Shown: in pieces, positions 50,733 through 61,214 of the stretch | Numbering within the stretch: the stretch's first letter is position 1 | Layout: each line of letters starts with the position of its first letter | From: an uncultured delta proteobacterium | Lineage (GTDB): Bacteria; Desulfobacterota; RBG-13-43-22 | DNA: 64,000 bases | Reading direction: 5' to 3' | Assembly (NCBI GenBank): GCA_963790475.1 | Contig: CAWBOS010000011.1 | Coordinates: 32,001 to 96,000 of the forward strand | The notes under the pieces: model-generated | Told to the model about the DNA's origin: nothing | The model's input: only the letters and a program-made list of their open reading frames with translations | Database searches by the model: none | Position numbers and translations under genes: made by a program

Positions 50733-51434
50733 TTATCCCACCAGTATCAATCCGGCAACCCAGGACAAAGGGTCGGCGGTCGCTTCGGCTTTATTGATCT
50801 TGATATTCGCCGGCCACTCGCAGACCATCATCAGTTCGGAAACATTGATGCCGAAACCGGACATGGAAGGTCGGGCCTGCTCCGGATTGCGGCATTCCCC
50901 TTCTTCCGATAATACCTGGCAGGCCCCATATTCATAACAAAAAATTTGTTTACAGGATCCCCCGGCAAAGGCCCTTGAATTTGAAAAACCCATTTTGACG
51001 GCCTCCTGTTCGATGCCGGCAACTATTTCATGGAGCAACCGCATTATTCCTCTGCGTTCCTCAGAGAAAAGGGCTGCCGAAGGAACAACCAATCTTACGA
51101 TAACGGCGTATTCAAGGTTTTTCTGTAATTGGCGAAATTCTGCCGGTCCGCCCACGTGGGGTGGGCAGCTCGGAGACAATCCGAAATTTTCGCATTTGGG
51201 TTCCCTGCAAAGATTGGCCAGACTATCTTCCACGGAAATGTCCTTGGAAGATATAAGTCGGGCATCGCTGGCCCCAAATGCTTTGGCCGAGCGAACCAGC
51301 TCTTCTAAATTCGGATCCACTTCATCTTTTTTTAGAATGTGTTTGCGAGCCAGGGCTGGTAAGTTTATTGGATTTTTTTCCATAATAGCCTTTAAAAAAA
51401 AGGGACACTTCCCTGTTAGATCGACCTTTTTCAA
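50733..51434 (-). CDS. DUF2284-like cysteine-rich metal-binding protein
   Basis: C..PKC.NFG.SPSCPP, GGSC..C..C...C....ARPSM. Confidence 0.8.
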   Translation of the reverse strand: MKKVDLTGKCPFFLKAIMEKNPINLPALARKHILKKDEVDPNLEELVRSAKAFGASDARLISSKDISVEDSLANLCREPKCENFGLSPSCPPHVGGPAEFRQLQKNLEYAVIVRLVVPSAALFSEERRGIMRLLHEIVAGIEQEAVKMGFSNSRAFAGGSCKQIFCYEYGACQVLSEEGECRNPEQARPSMSGFGINVSELMMVCEWPANIKINKAEATADPLSWVAGLILVG

Positions 51435-51649
51435 GGCAAAAACAATTCGGGAAGTATCCCTGAATGAGTATCGCGATCAGGAGTGAGTCTGCCGGTTTAT
51501 CTCTTCAATATCACCACACCGCTGTTAGATCTGGACTCCCCTCCCGGGAAAAGAGGTCCTTGTCAATTTAGATAATCGGCCCTTCCCCAGGCCAGGACTT
51601 AATCGTCCTCAGCCTGCTGACCGATTTTTTACGGGTCCGTCAGTTGAAT

Positions 51650-52813
51650 CTATGCTCTTTTAAGGATCGTAAAGACAGCATTGGGACCGGCGCCGCTGCT
51701 ATGGCATAGGCCGATCCTGGCTCCTTCAACCTGCCTTGGCCCGGCTGCCTCACGCAATTGTGTGATAACCTCGGCGATCTGCCGGGCTCCCGTAGCTCCC
51801 AGGGGGTGTCCACATCCCACGAGGCCTCCGTCGGTGTTGGCCGGGAGCTTCCCACCGATGTCAAAGGTGCCTTCCTGCAACAGCCGCGGCGACTCGCCGG
51901 GTTTGCAAAAACCCATGTCTTCGATGTCTGTAAGAAACGCCGGTGCCATTGCCTCATAGACCTGAATAAGGTCCATATCCTCCGGCCCATAGCCGGAGAT
52001 TTCCCAGGCCTGTTTCACGCCTTCCTTGACCAGGTTAGTGGTCGCTTTGAACTTTACGCTCCCCTCCCCATAAATTCCGGTCGTATGCACGGAGGCCGCT
52101 ACCTCGACCTTTTTTGTCCGGGCAATGCCGGATTTGAGTTTGTCCCCGCTGCAGAGAATGATAGCCACCGCTCCGTCCACCATGGCTGCGGCATGCATCA
52201 GGCGTACCGGAGCGGCCACGACACGGGATTTGATGACATCCTCGACGGTTACCTCTCCACCCTGATACCACCGGGCATAGGGATTCAGATTGGCGTTTTT
52301 GCGCTCCAGTACCACCACCCGGGCTAAATCCTCCTCCGTGGCCCCATAGTTTTCCATGTACCGCACCACCCCTTGGGCATAGTTGGCCGGCTGCACGTTG
52401 AACCCCAGCGCTAATTCCCAGGGTTTGAACGCGGTGCTGGCCAGCAGGCCGCGGCCCATTTTTTCAAAACCCAACACCGCGACCACATCATAAATTTCGG
52501 TGGCCACCATCAGATAGGCCATCCGAAAGGCAGCAGAAGAACTCGAGCAGGCCTGCTCCATATTGATGATTGGGATCCCGGTAAGCCCCACCTCGGCGAT
52601 CACCTGATGGCCCTTACCGGTTCCGGCGTAGACGTTTCCGCAAAAAGCCGCCTGGACATCCTTCCATTCCATCTCCGATTCATCTAAGCAGTTTAAGAGG
52701 GCTTGGCTGGCAAAGTCATAATATTCCTGGTCTTCATAGCGCTGAAAGCGGACGCGGCCGAGCCCTCCGATATATACCTTCCTCATTGCTCTTAATTCGC
52801 TTATGGATTTCAT
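51650..52813 (-). CDS. SCP2/Ltp2-type thiolase-family protein
   Basis: QACSSS, YEAM, NTDGG..GHPLGATG; adjacent DUF35 gene. Confidence 0.88.
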   Translation of the reverse strand: MKSISELRAMRKVYIGGLGRVRFQRYEDQEYYDFASQALLNCLDESEMEWKDVQAAFCGNVYAGTGKGHQVIAEVGLTGIPIINMEQACSSSSAAFRMAYLMVATEIYDVVAVLGFEKMGRGLLASTAFKPWELALGFNVQPANYAQGVVRYMENYGATEEDLARVVVLERKNANLNPYARWYQGGEVTVEDVIKSRVVAAPVRLMHAAAMVDGAVAIILCSGDKLKSGIARTKKVEVAASVHTTGIYGEGSVKFKATTNLVKEGVKQAWEISGYGPEDMDLIQVYEAMAPAFLTDIEDMGFCKPGESPRLLQEGTFDIGGKLPANTDGGLVGCGHPLGATGARQIAEVITQLREAAGPRQVEGARIGLCHSSGAGPNAVFTILKRA

Positions 52814-52817
52814 TGGC

Positions 52818-53264
52818 TTAAACTCCTCTCTCCAATCCCTGGATCGGCCTGAATTTATGAGCCAGGACTTTGTTGCCCTCTTCATCGACCCCGAGTTCTT
52901 CAATTACCAGTTCCACGGGCATTCCGATATGCAGTTTATTGAAATCGCCTCCCGTAAACAGCGCCTGGACCCTGACGTTCGGGAGATTGATCCAGCCGTA
53001 AGCGTAGGGGACCTTGCCCAGGAAATATTTCGCGGGTTGCTGCATGATGACGCTGAAGCTGTGGATTTTACCTTTGCGGTCAAGTTTCAGGTCTTTCAGG
53101 CCCCGGTGACCGCAGCGAATGCAGACCCCCTTCTCCCTTTTGGGGAAGAACACCTCTCCGCAGGCGGTACACTCACTCCCGATCAATTGCGGCTTCTCAT
53201 CAGGAGAGGCTGGGGTGGTCCATAATCCCTCCCGGACCGGTATGGTCTTTCCGTCATTAGTCAT
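52818..53264 (-). CDS. DUF35 Zn-ribbon/OB-fold thiolase partner
   Basis: CTACG..FFP..CIRCG followed by an OB fold. Confidence 0.9.
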   Translation of the reverse strand: MTNDGKTIPVREGLWTTPASPDEKPQLIGSECTACGEVFFPKREKGVCIRCGHRGLKDLKLDRKGKIHSFSVIMQQPAKYFLGKVPYAYGWINLPNVRVQALFTGGDFNKLHIGMPVELVIEELGVDEEGNKVLAHKFRPIQGLERGV

Positions 53265-53308
53265 GGATAAACTCCTTTTTGAGATTATTTATCTATTTTC
53301 ATAGATTG

Positions 53309-53460
53309 AGGCTGAAGGGATTAGACTGTTAGGCTGAAGGTAAGACGTACAAAGGCTTTTAGACTGAAGGCTGAAGGTAAAACAAAAGAAATTCTTCTTG
53401 TTTTCTACCCCTTCCTTCAGTCTAACAACCTTCAGTCTTCAGCCTATCTACCTTCAGCCT
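53309..53460. repeat. Palindromic GGCTGAA/TTCAGCC heptamer-array repeat (also 54651-54787 and about 56440-56472)
   Basis: Several (A)GGCTGAAGG/GACTGAAGG units followed by their reverse complements. Confidence 0.75.
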
Positions 53461-53464
53461 GCTT

Positions 53465-54628
53465 TTAGTTAAACGCCCTCATCCCCAGGGTTTCCCGGCC
53501 CACGATCAATTGCTGGATCTGGGTGGTTCCATCGGGAATGGTATAACAACGGGCATCCCGGAAATAGCGCTCCACGGGATATTCCTCCGAAAGACCGTAG
53601 GCCCCGTGGATCTGAATGGCTTTGGAAGTTACCCGAACCGCGGCTTCGGTGCAGAAGGCCTTGGAAAGCGAGCATTCCTTATAGCAGCGTACTCCCTTGC
53701 CCAATAAAAAGAAAGCCCGATAAGCCAGCATTCTTCCGGCATCGATATCGGCCATCATATCGGCGATCATGGCCTGGATCAGTTGGAATTGTCCGATGGG
53801 CTTGCCGAACTGGGTCCGCTCTTTGGCATAGCGGATAGCCGCATCCAGGGCCGCCTGGGAGATACCCACCGCGGAAATCGAGGCATTGGCCCGGGCGAAG
53901 TTCAACGAATCCAAAGGTTCTCCCTGGCTGTTTTCTTTAGGCCGGAGCAGGTTTTCTTTAGGAACCCGGCAATCTTCAAAAATCATTTCGGCCGTGGGAA
54001 AGGATTTGACCCCCAGCTTATGGATCTCCCGGGATGTAAAGGGGGATTGAGACTTTTCAACTAATATCTGACCGGGTTTCTGTTTCCCGGTTGCCGGATC
54101 CACCACCTTCAGGGTCACAATGGCATAGTCGGCAATCGTGCCGTTGGAAATCCACATCTTGGTCCCGTTAATCACATAATGGTCTCCCTCAGGGACGGCC
54201 TTGGTCTCTATGGCTGCCGTGTCTGAGCCCACATTAGGTTCGGTGATGGCGCTGCAGATAATGGTATCTCCGTTCAGAAGACCGGGAAGGATTCTTTTTT
54301 TCAATTCCAGGTTTCCACAATTGGCGATCCGGCCCGTCGAGGCCGAAGTAATGCCGGTGACCCCCCCGAGCGAGGCATATCCACGCCGGAGCTCTTCAAA
54401 AAGGATGGGCCATTCCATGTGGGTCAGTCCCGGCCCGCCGTCTTCCTCGGAAACTAACGTGCCCACGTAGCCGAACTCCTTGAGGTCCTTGAGGAAGCGG
54501 TGAGCGTTTTCCTTACTCATGGGACCCTTGCGGTCCATTTCATCGGCGATGGGCATGATCTTTTCATTGATGTACCGCGTGACCGTATCCTGCAGCATCT
54601 TTTGTTCGTCGCTAAAATCAAAATTCAT
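53465..54628 (-). CDS. Acyl-CoA dehydrogenase
   Basis: AITEPNVGSD, GTKMWISNG, RTQFGKPI, IHGAYG, PDGTTQIQ. Confidence 0.93.
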   Translation of the reverse strand: MNFDFSDEQKMLQDTVTRYINEKIMPIADEMDRKGPMSKENAHRFLKDLKEFGYVGTLVSEEDGGPGLTHMEWPILFEELRRGYASLGGVTGITSASTGRIANCGNLELKKRILPGLLNGDTIICSAITEPNVGSDTAAIETKAVPEGDHYVINGTKMWISNGTIADYAIVTLKVVDPATGKQKPGQILVEKSQSPFTSREIHKLGVKSFPTAEMIFEDCRVPKENLLRPKENSQGEPLDSLNFARANASISAVGISQAALDAAIRYAKERTQFGKPIGQFQLIQAMIADMMADIDAGRMLAYRAFFLLGKGVRCYKECSLSKAFCTEAAVRVTSKAIQIHGAYGLSEEYPVERYFRDARCYTIPDGTTQIQQLIVGRETLGMRAFN

Positions 54629-54793
54629 GTTGGTCTCCTTTTAGGTTTTTAGGCTGAAGGCTCCTGCCCGTCGCAGGGGCCGAAGGTAAAACAAGAGAAC
54701 CCTCATTTTACGCCTCTTCCTTCAGTCTAACGGCCTTTGGTCTTCAGTCTTCCTCCCTTCAGCCTAACAGCCTTCGGTCTTCAGCCTTGTTTC

Positions 54794-56398
54794 TTAATTA
54801 ATCTTCCTCCCCTTTCCTTTCCAATAGGGCTCCTTGAGATCTTTTCTCATGATCTTGCCGTTCTGATTTTTGGGAAGTTCTTCAATAAAGTCCACCGAGG
54901 TGGGTTTCTTATATCCGGCCAGATGCTTTTTGGAGAACTCGATAATCTCCTCTTCGCTGGCAGTCATCCCTTTTTTCAAAGAGACGGCGGCCTTGACCGT
55001 TTCTCCCCATTTTTCGTGAGGGACACCGAATACGGCCGCTTCCAGCACGGCCGGATGCATATAAAGCACATCCTCCACTTCCTTCGGATAGACGTTGAAT
55101 CCCCCCGAAACAATCATGTCGTCCTTCCGGTCCACTAAAAAGACATATCCATCCTGATCCTGATAACCCATGTCCCGGGTATGGAGCCATCCGCCGCGAA
55201 AGGTCTCGGCCGTGGCCGCGGGGTTTTTCCAATATTCCCGCATCACCTGGTCGGACTGGGCCACAATCTCTCCAATTTCTCCCGGCGGCAGGAAATTTCC
55301 CCCCTCGCCCATGATCCGCACCTTGGCCACGGTCACTTCTCTACCCACTGAAGCAAGACGCTTAAGCTTCTTGTCGGAACCATCCATGAGGTGATCTTCC
55401 TTGGTGAGTAAGGTCAGGGGCATGCTTCCTTCGGTCAAGCCGTATCCCTGGATAAAGACATTTCCGAAGGCGGCGATAGCCTTTTTCAAGACCTCCGGGG
55501 CAATAGGGGAGGCTCCGTAACGAATGGTCTTGAGGCTGCTTAAATCATATTTTTTTAAGTCCGGATGGTTCAGAAGCATGATTATCGTAGTTGGCACGAG
55601 ATAGAGGGTGGTCACCCTTTCCTTTTCAATGATTTGAAGAAGTTGTTCAGGGTCGAAACCGGGAAGCACAACCACCATGGCCCCGCGGATAAAATGGGGC
55701 AGGATCATGGAACCGCTGGCATGGGTAATCGGTGAGGTGAGAGCCACGACGTCTCCTTCTTGAATATTCAAACCGTCGATGAGCACATTATACATGCTCA
55801 TCATGGCCCCTCGGTTATCCTGGACTACTCCCTTGGGCCGGCCGGTCGTACCGGAGGTATAGGAGAGGCGATGAATATCCCGGTCGTTCATTTCCACGGC
55901 CGGCTCTTCCGGGGAGGACTTTGAAATAAGTTCTTCGTAAGAAAGCATTCCGGCCGAAGGTGTGCTGGTGATGCCGATGGTCCATTTTACTGTTGAGGCC
56001 TCGGGCAATATGGGTTTGATGACCTCGAGATATTCTTCCCCTACCAACAGGGCCCGGGCCTCGGAATTGTCGAGTATATAGAGATGCTCCCGGCCTGAAT
56101 TCCTTGAGTTCATGGGCACACGGACCAGGCCGGCGCACATCAGCCCGCAAAATGATTCAACGCCCTGATGGGAATTGGTTTGAAGTGTGGCCACCCGGTC
56201 TCCTTTTTTCAGTCCCAGCCCCAGAAAGGCGTTGGCCAGGCGGAAGGAACGGTCAAGCAAGTCTTTAGCGGTAATTCTTTTTTCCGGTGTGACCAGGATC
56301 TCTCTATCCGGGAACATGATGGCTGTTTTTGTCAATACATCGCTGGGGTTCATGTCTTTCCTTTCTTGGTAAGTCGTCAGGTCTACCTGCGCTGGCAC
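54794..56398 (-). CDS. Acyl-CoA synthetase (AMP-forming)
   Basis: YTSGTTGRPKG, YGLTE, SGGFNVYP.EVE, GKIMRK. Confidence 0.92.
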   Translation of the reverse strand: MPAQVDLTTYQERKDMNPSDVLTKTAIMFPDREILVTPEKRITAKDLLDRSFRLANAFLGLGLKKGDRVATLQTNSHQGVESFCGLMCAGLVRVPMNSRNSGREHLYILDNSEARALLVGEEYLEVIKPILPEASTVKWTIGITSTPSAGMLSYEELISKSSPEEPAVEMNDRDIHRLSYTSGTTGRPKGVVQDNRGAMMSMYNVLIDGLNIQEGDVVALTSPITHASGSMILPHFIRGAMVVVLPGFDPEQLLQIIEKERVTTLYLVPTTIIMLLNHPDLKKYDLSSLKTIRYGASPIAPEVLKKAIAAFGNVFIQGYGLTEGSMPLTLLTKEDHLMDGSDKKLKRLASVGREVTVAKVRIMGEGGNFLPPGEIGEIVAQSDQVMREYWKNPAATAETFRGGWLHTRDMGYQDQDGYVFLVDRKDDMIVSGGFNVYPKEVEDVLYMHPAVLEAAVFGVPHEKWGETVKAAVSLKKGMTASEEEIIEFSKKHLAGYKKPTSVDFIEELPKNQNGKIMRKDLKEPYWKGKGRKIN

Positions 56399-56475
56399 AT
56401 TTTCTGTTATTGATTCCTTTTTTCTCGTTATGATTTTTATCTTCAGTCTAATAGCCTTCAGCCTTCAGTCCGCCT

Positions 56476-57615
56476 TCAAATCGCCCCTTCTTCCCTGAAT
56501 CTATCCACATCCTCCCGTCTGTATCCGGCCTTCAGCAGCACCTCCTCCGTGTGTTCCCCTAACTCCGGAGGGGGAGACTGCATCACGGCCGGCGTCTCCG
56601 ATAATTTTATGGGGAAGGCCACCTGTTTAATAGACCCGCCGGAAGGAATGGGAATCTCCTGAATCATTTTTCTAAAAATGACCTGGGGGTCTTCCAGGGC
56701 CTGTTCCGGTGTTTTGATGGGAGCCACGGGCACATCGGCCTCGATCAAAATTTTGATCCATTCGTCCCTGGTTTTTTGGGAAAACACCTCCTCAAGTTTC
56801 CCGACCAACTCTTTTCTCCGTTGATGCCTTTCCCGGCTCGGTATGCCTATATATTCGGGCAGGCCGCAAGCCTGGCACAAACGATCCCAGAACCAGTTTT
56901 CATGGGCGATGCCCAGGGTGAAAGGCTTTCCATCTCCGGCCTTGAATACCCCGTAACCGGCATCATAGGGTCGTTCGGATGAGCCGGTATTAAAAAACAG
57001 GCCAAAGCGTATGGACATCCAGGAAAGGAGGCCGTCAAACATGGACACGTCTATGTACTGACCTTGGCCGGTCTTTTCCCTGGCCATCAGGGCGGCCATG
57101 ATCCCGATGACGGCAAACATCCCCGAAGACAGGTCTCCGATGGCCACGCCGGGAGGCACATGGTTTCCATCTTTATCCCGGATGGAGTCGAGCATTCCGG
57201 CCATGGCCATATAATTCAGGTCATGGCCCGGCAGATCCCGGTAAGGTCCATCCTGACCGTAGCCGGAAATGGAACAGTAGATCAGGCGGGGATTGATCTC
57301 CTTCAAGGTTTCGTAATCCACCCCCAACCTTTTGACCACCCCGGGCCGGAAACCTTCGGTAAAGACATCGGCCTCCCGGACCAGGCGCTTAATGATCTCT
57401 GTGGCTGAAGGTTTCTTCAGGTCCAGGGTGATACTTTTCTTACTGCGATTGATCCCTTTGAAAAAACCGGGATTGGCCCGGGCCGGATCACCAATCCCCG
57501 GTTGTTCCACCTTGATGATCTCGGCACCCAGATCCCCCAGGAGCATGGAACAATAAGGCCCCGGGTATTGATGGGCGGAGTCTAATATCTTTATGCCTTC
57601 TAATGGTAAGGTCAT
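56476..57615 (-). CDS. CaiB/BaiF family III CoA-transferase
   Basis: PLEGIKILD, GPYC...LGDLGA, FRPG, GHDLNY. Confidence 0.93.
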   Translation of the reverse strand: MTLPLEGIKILDSAHQYPGPYCSMLLGDLGAEIIKVEQPGIGDPARANPGFFKGINRSKKSITLDLKKPSATEIIKRLVREADVFTEGFRPGVVKRLGVDYETLKEINPRLIYCSISGYGQDGPYRDLPGHDLNYMAMAGMLDSIRDKDGNHVPPGVAIGDLSSGMFAVIGIMAALMAREKTGQGQYIDVSMFDGLLSWMSIRFGLFFNTGSSERPYDAGYGVFKAGDGKPFTLGIAHENWFWDRLCQACGLPEYIGIPSRERHQRRKELVGKLEEVFSQKTRDEWIKILIEADVPVAPIKTPEQALEDPQVIFRKMIQEIPIPSGGSIKQVAFPIKLSETPAVMQSPPPELGEHTEEVLLKAGYRREDVDRFREEGAI

Positions 57616-57671
57616 TTTTAAAAATCCTTCGCAGCCTTGTGAAACTTTAGGTGATTGAAAAAGAGTCATTA

Positions 57672-57849
57672 TTCACCGCTGAGACGCAGAGAGCGCTGAG
57701 AAATAATTTTATCGATTGCCGGTGAGGGGCCGGCAATCGATAAGCTTCGCTACCCTCCGGGTATTTGTTGGCCAACGGCCTGAGCTGTAATGTACAATCC
57801 CGCCTCTCACGGAATTGTACATTAATAATCCTCTGCGCTCTCTGCGTCT
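57672..57849. repeat. Palindromic repeat interrupted by IS110 copy 2; arm resumes at 59450-59460
   Basis: TTCACCGCTGAGACGCAGAG...CTCTGCGTCT | CTGCGGTAAAA. Confidence 0.82.
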
Positions 57850-57912
57850 GGTTTATTGTTGTCAAGAGTTTTTTAAATATTATTAAACAAACTGGTAACT
57901 ATCTTAGAGTGA

Positions 57913-58064
57913 CACCTTGCCCAACTCTGGTAATTTGAGAGTCTCAACAGAGCTCTAACCTTGCTTTATTGGGGTTAAGGTGCAAGCGGAGAGTTATTTA
58001 AGCTCTGCGAGAAGGTCGACTTAGTCGCCTTAGATGCCGCAAACGATAATCTCTCCGCTTACAC
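57913..58064 (-). ncRNA. Predicted bridge RNA, copy 2
   Basis: Same sequence as 2697-2848. Confidence 0.7.
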
Positions 58065-58075
58065 GCTAAGAAGGT

Positions 58076-59335
58076 CTAAGCAGCCAGTTTTAACGTTGCT
58101 CCTTTTGAATAATTTTCCATATATTCGTTATGATCACGCACCAAGGCAAAAATAACACCGAGAAGCTTCCGGGCAATGGCTACCAGGGCCTTGATCTTGG
58201 GCATTCCTTGATCCAGATGCCTTTGATAGGCCGTATGCATCACTCCCCCTTTTCGAACCGTATTGATAGCGGCAAAAAAGAGGATTTTCCTAAGAAGCGA
58301 CCGGCCTCTTTTGGATATATGACGATTCCCTTGGTGCCTTCCAGAACTGATTTCAAAGAGGTTCAGTCCGGCCAACTTCAGGACTTCAGCCAGCGTATGA
58401 AATTTACGAAAATCCCCGACTTCTCCAATCAGTCCGGCGGTGGTAACCTCTCCTATCCCTTTCAAGGACAGAATCGAATGACTATAGGGGATCTCGGGAA
58501 GAAGGGCCGCCATCTCCTGTTCCGCCTTCTCAATAAACTGGTCAGAAGATTCAATCTCAGAAAGAAGTTCTCGTATCTCAAAAAGAATCGCCTTGCGGCC
58601 TTCTTGAAGACCTACGGAATGGCCAGCGGCCGCATAAAGGGCCGGGGCTCGCTCTTTATCCAGCTTCCCTCGGCTAACCCGTCTCAGCGTGGCCCTCAAG
58701 GTCCCAAGACCACATTGGATAATATCTTCCGGGCACGGATAATGCCGCAACAGATATTGGGCACTGCGGGTTTTAATATTCTTCATCACTTGCAGAAACT
58801 CGGGGAAGACAATAAAGACCAAATCCTGAATCTGGTTCAAAAGGCCCGTTCGTCTTCGTATGGCTCTCTCCCTGGCATGGGTCAGTCGGCGAAGTTCAGC
58901 TGCCGCGCCTTCGGGAATGACCACGGTAAGGGCATGACCCAGCTCAATAATATCCGCAATGACTTTGGGATCTTTCCTATCCGTCTTATTGGGCGAGTTA
59001 CCCTGGACTTCCTTCAACTTCTTCGTATGCATAGGATTAACCTGAACCAGTGTCACCGGCCGTTTCATCAGAAAATGTTGCAAGGGTTCTCCATAAGACC
59101 CGGTGGATTCAAAACCAACCACGATTTCTTCCAAGTGATTGGCCTCTTTGGCCTCAACCATCCGATTCCAAAATTTCGTAAATCCTTGATCATTATTGAA
59201 AAACTCAAAAGGTTTGATTTCCGTCCGGTCTGGACAGCGGCCATATCCCATATTGGTCGTTTTGCCTATGTCCACGGTACCGATAAGGGTTTTTTCATTG
59301 ACCTTCTTAAGTTTTTTTGTTTCAATCTTATTCAT
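58076..59335 (-). CDS. IS110-family DEDD recombinase/transposase
   Basis: Translation identical to 2860-4119. Confidence 0.95.
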   Translation of the reverse strand: MNKIETKKLKKVNEKTLIGTVDIGKTTNMGYGRCPDRTEIKPFEFFNNDQGFTKFWNRMVEAKEANHLEEIVVGFESTGSYGEPLQHFLMKRPVTLVQVNPMHTKKLKEVQGNSPNKTDRKDPKVIADIIELGHALTVVIPEGAAAELRRLTHARERAIRRRTGLLNQIQDLVFIVFPEFLQVMKNIKTRSAQYLLRHYPCPEDIIQCGLGTLRATLRRVSRGKLDKERAPALYAAAGHSVGLQEGRKAILFEIRELLSEIESSDQFIEKAEQEMAALLPEIPYSHSILSLKGIGEVTTAGLIGEVGDFRKFHTLAEVLKLAGLNLFEISSGRHQGNRHISKRGRSLLRKILFFAAINTVRKGGVMHTAYQRHLDQGMPKIKALVAIARKLLGVIFALVRDHNEYMENYSKGATLKLAA

Positions 59336-59501
59336 GGCTATACTCCTTTCCTTGGTTTGGGTTTAACCAACTTGCAAATTGGACCTCAAATCAAGAAAGA
59401 GTATAGCCTTTTTTGTACGGCTTAACTACTTTCTAAAATATAGCAAGCTCTGCGGTAAAAACATTTTTTCTAATAAATATTAATACGATTTTTCAAATTT
59501 C

Positions 59502-60278
59502 CTACTCTGTTTTAAATTGGGGTTTGCGTTTTTCGCGGAAGGCAAGAAGTCCTTCCATCCGGTTTTCTACGGCCGTGGGGGTGGACATCTCCTGAACGCT
59601 GATGGCCAGGTCCAGTTTCAGGGCCGTTTGGAGATCGACCTGCATCCCCTCATTGACGCACCTTTTGGCTATCTTCAGACCATGGGGGGGAAATTCCAGC
59701 ATGGTCTGGGCTAATTTCAGGGCCTCATCCAACAGGGAAGCCTCGGGAACGATTTTATTGATCAGACCGATCCGGTAGGCTTCTTCGGCGTCGATACGAC
59801 TGGCCGTATAGAGCATCTCTTTGGCTTTGGTGATACCCACTATTCGAGGCAGTCGTTGCATGCCTCCAGCACCCGGGACAGAACCGATCCGCAATTCCAC
59901 CAACCCGAATTTGGAGGATGGGGAAGCGACGCGCAAATCACAACACAGGGCCAATTCAAGTCCTCCCCCCAAGCAAAAACCGCTGATAGCGGCTATGAAC
60001 GGCCGATCGTCATCCTCAAACTTCTTAAACTGGTCCCGAGAGCTGGGCCGGGATTGCCCCGGAGGAAACTGTTCCTTGATATCGGCCCCGGCGCTGAAAC
60101 ACTTCTCTCCCCCGGTGATGATGATGACCCGGATGCTCCGGTCCTTTTCTATCTCTTCCCAGATGGCCTTCATCTCGGCCTGCATCCTGGTATTGATGCT
60201 GTTGAGATTTTCCGGCCGATTCATCGTCAGGACAGCTATGTCATTTTTCTTGTCAAAATTTATCGTCTCATTGGCCAT
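59502..60278 (-). CDS. Enoyl-CoA hydratase/isomerase
   Basis: FSAGADI, GGGLELAL, ELRIGSVPGAGG. Confidence 0.93.
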   Translation of the reverse strand: MANETINFDKKNDIAVLTMNRPENLNSINTRMQAEMKAIWEEIEKDRSIRVIIITGGEKCFSAGADIKEQFPPGQSRPSSRDQFKKFEDDDRPFIAAISGFCLGGGLELALCCDLRVASPSSKFGLVELRIGSVPGAGGMQRLPRIVGITKAKEMLYTASRIDAEEAYRIGLINKIVPEASLLDEALKLAQTMLEFPPHGLKIAKRCVNEGMQVDLQTALKLDLAISVQEMSTPTAVENRMEGLLAFREKRKPQFKTE

Positions 60279-60330
60279 TAGATAGTCCTCCTTGCTCTTA
60301 AGTCCTTATTGTGAGGAACAAGTAAAAAAT

Positions 60331-60465
60331 CGTCACCCCGGCGAAAGCCGGGGTCCAGGAGCATTTTAACAACTGTAAAATACTGGATTCCGGCCGGAGT
60401 CTATCCCGCACCTGATGCGGGACCGGAATGACGTGATTTGGGTTTTGGCGACTTCTTACGAATCC
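60331..60465. repeat. REP-like repeat (family of 7274 and 31575)
   Basis: CGTCACCCCGGCGAAAGCCGGGGTCCAG...CTGGATTCCGG...CCGGAATGACG. Confidence 0.8.
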
Positions 60466-60490
60466 CTTAATCGTCACACTTTCCTTTTCT

Positions 60491-61195
60491 TCAAGAAAGG
60501 TAGCTCTCTCTCAGTTCCGGATTGTCAAGCAATTCACTGCAGGGGCCTTGCATAACCACCTGCCCATTTTGCAGCACGACCCCTCGATTAGAAATCCGTA
60601 AAGCCATTTGGGCATCCTGTTCCACCAAGATAATAGCGGTGCCCGACTGGTTGATTTTTTTTGTAACCGTACCCACTTCCTTGCGTATAATAGGGCTCAA
60701 TCCCAGGGTAGGTTCATCCAGGACCAGTAATTTGGGACCGGCCATCAACCCGCGGCCGATGGCCAGCATTTGTTGCTCGCCTCCACTCAAGTTTCCCCCC
60801 AGTTGGTTTCTTCGTTCGCTGAGCACGGGAAAAATGTCGTAAACCTGTTCCAATGATTGTTCGATTTCTTTTTTCGACGGAGTCAGGTAGGCCCCGACTT
60901 TTAAATTTTCCAATACCGTCAGGGTCCCGAAAATTTCTCTCCCTTCCGGTACCTGGGCAATTCCCAACTTAACAATGGTATGAGGAGCAAGGCCGTTGAT
61001 TTTTTTCCCTTTGAACCAGATTTCTCCCCCCTCTGGCTCCACTAATCCACAAATAGTATTGGCCAAGGTCGTTTTCCCGGCCCCGTTTCCACCTAACAGG
61101 CAGACGATTTCTCCTTCCTCTATATCCAAAGAAACGCCTTGCAGGGCCTGGACCCCGCCGTAGTGCACCTTCAAATCTTTTATTTCAAGCAACAT
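60491..61195 (-). CDS. LivF-like ABC ATPase
   Basis: GGNGAGKT, LSGGEQQM, LDEP. Confidence 0.92.
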   Translation of the reverse strand: MLLEIKDLKVHYGGVQALQGVSLDIEEGEIVCLLGGNGAGKTTLANTICGLVEPEGGEIWFKGKKINGLAPHTIVKLGIAQVPEGREIFGTLTVLENLKVGAYLTPSKKEIEQSLEQVYDIFPVLSERRNQLGGNLSGGEQQMLAIGRGLMAGPKLLVLDEPTLGLSPIIRKEVGTVTKKINQSGTAIILVEQDAQMALRISNRGVVLQNGQVVMQGPCSELLDNPELRESYLS

Positions 61196-61214
61196 ATTTG
61201 CTCTCCACTTTTTC

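Larger units (their letters stand above)
57850..59449 (-). mobile_element. IS110-family insertion sequence, copy 2
   Basis: Matches 2634-4233 (offset 55216); flanked by CT at 57848-57849 and 59448-59449. Confidence 0.95.

Noticed and set aside
53309-53460. Possible CRISPR array
   Set aside because: Units are about 7 nt, irregular and palindromic overall; there are no constant repeats with unique spacers and no cas genes.
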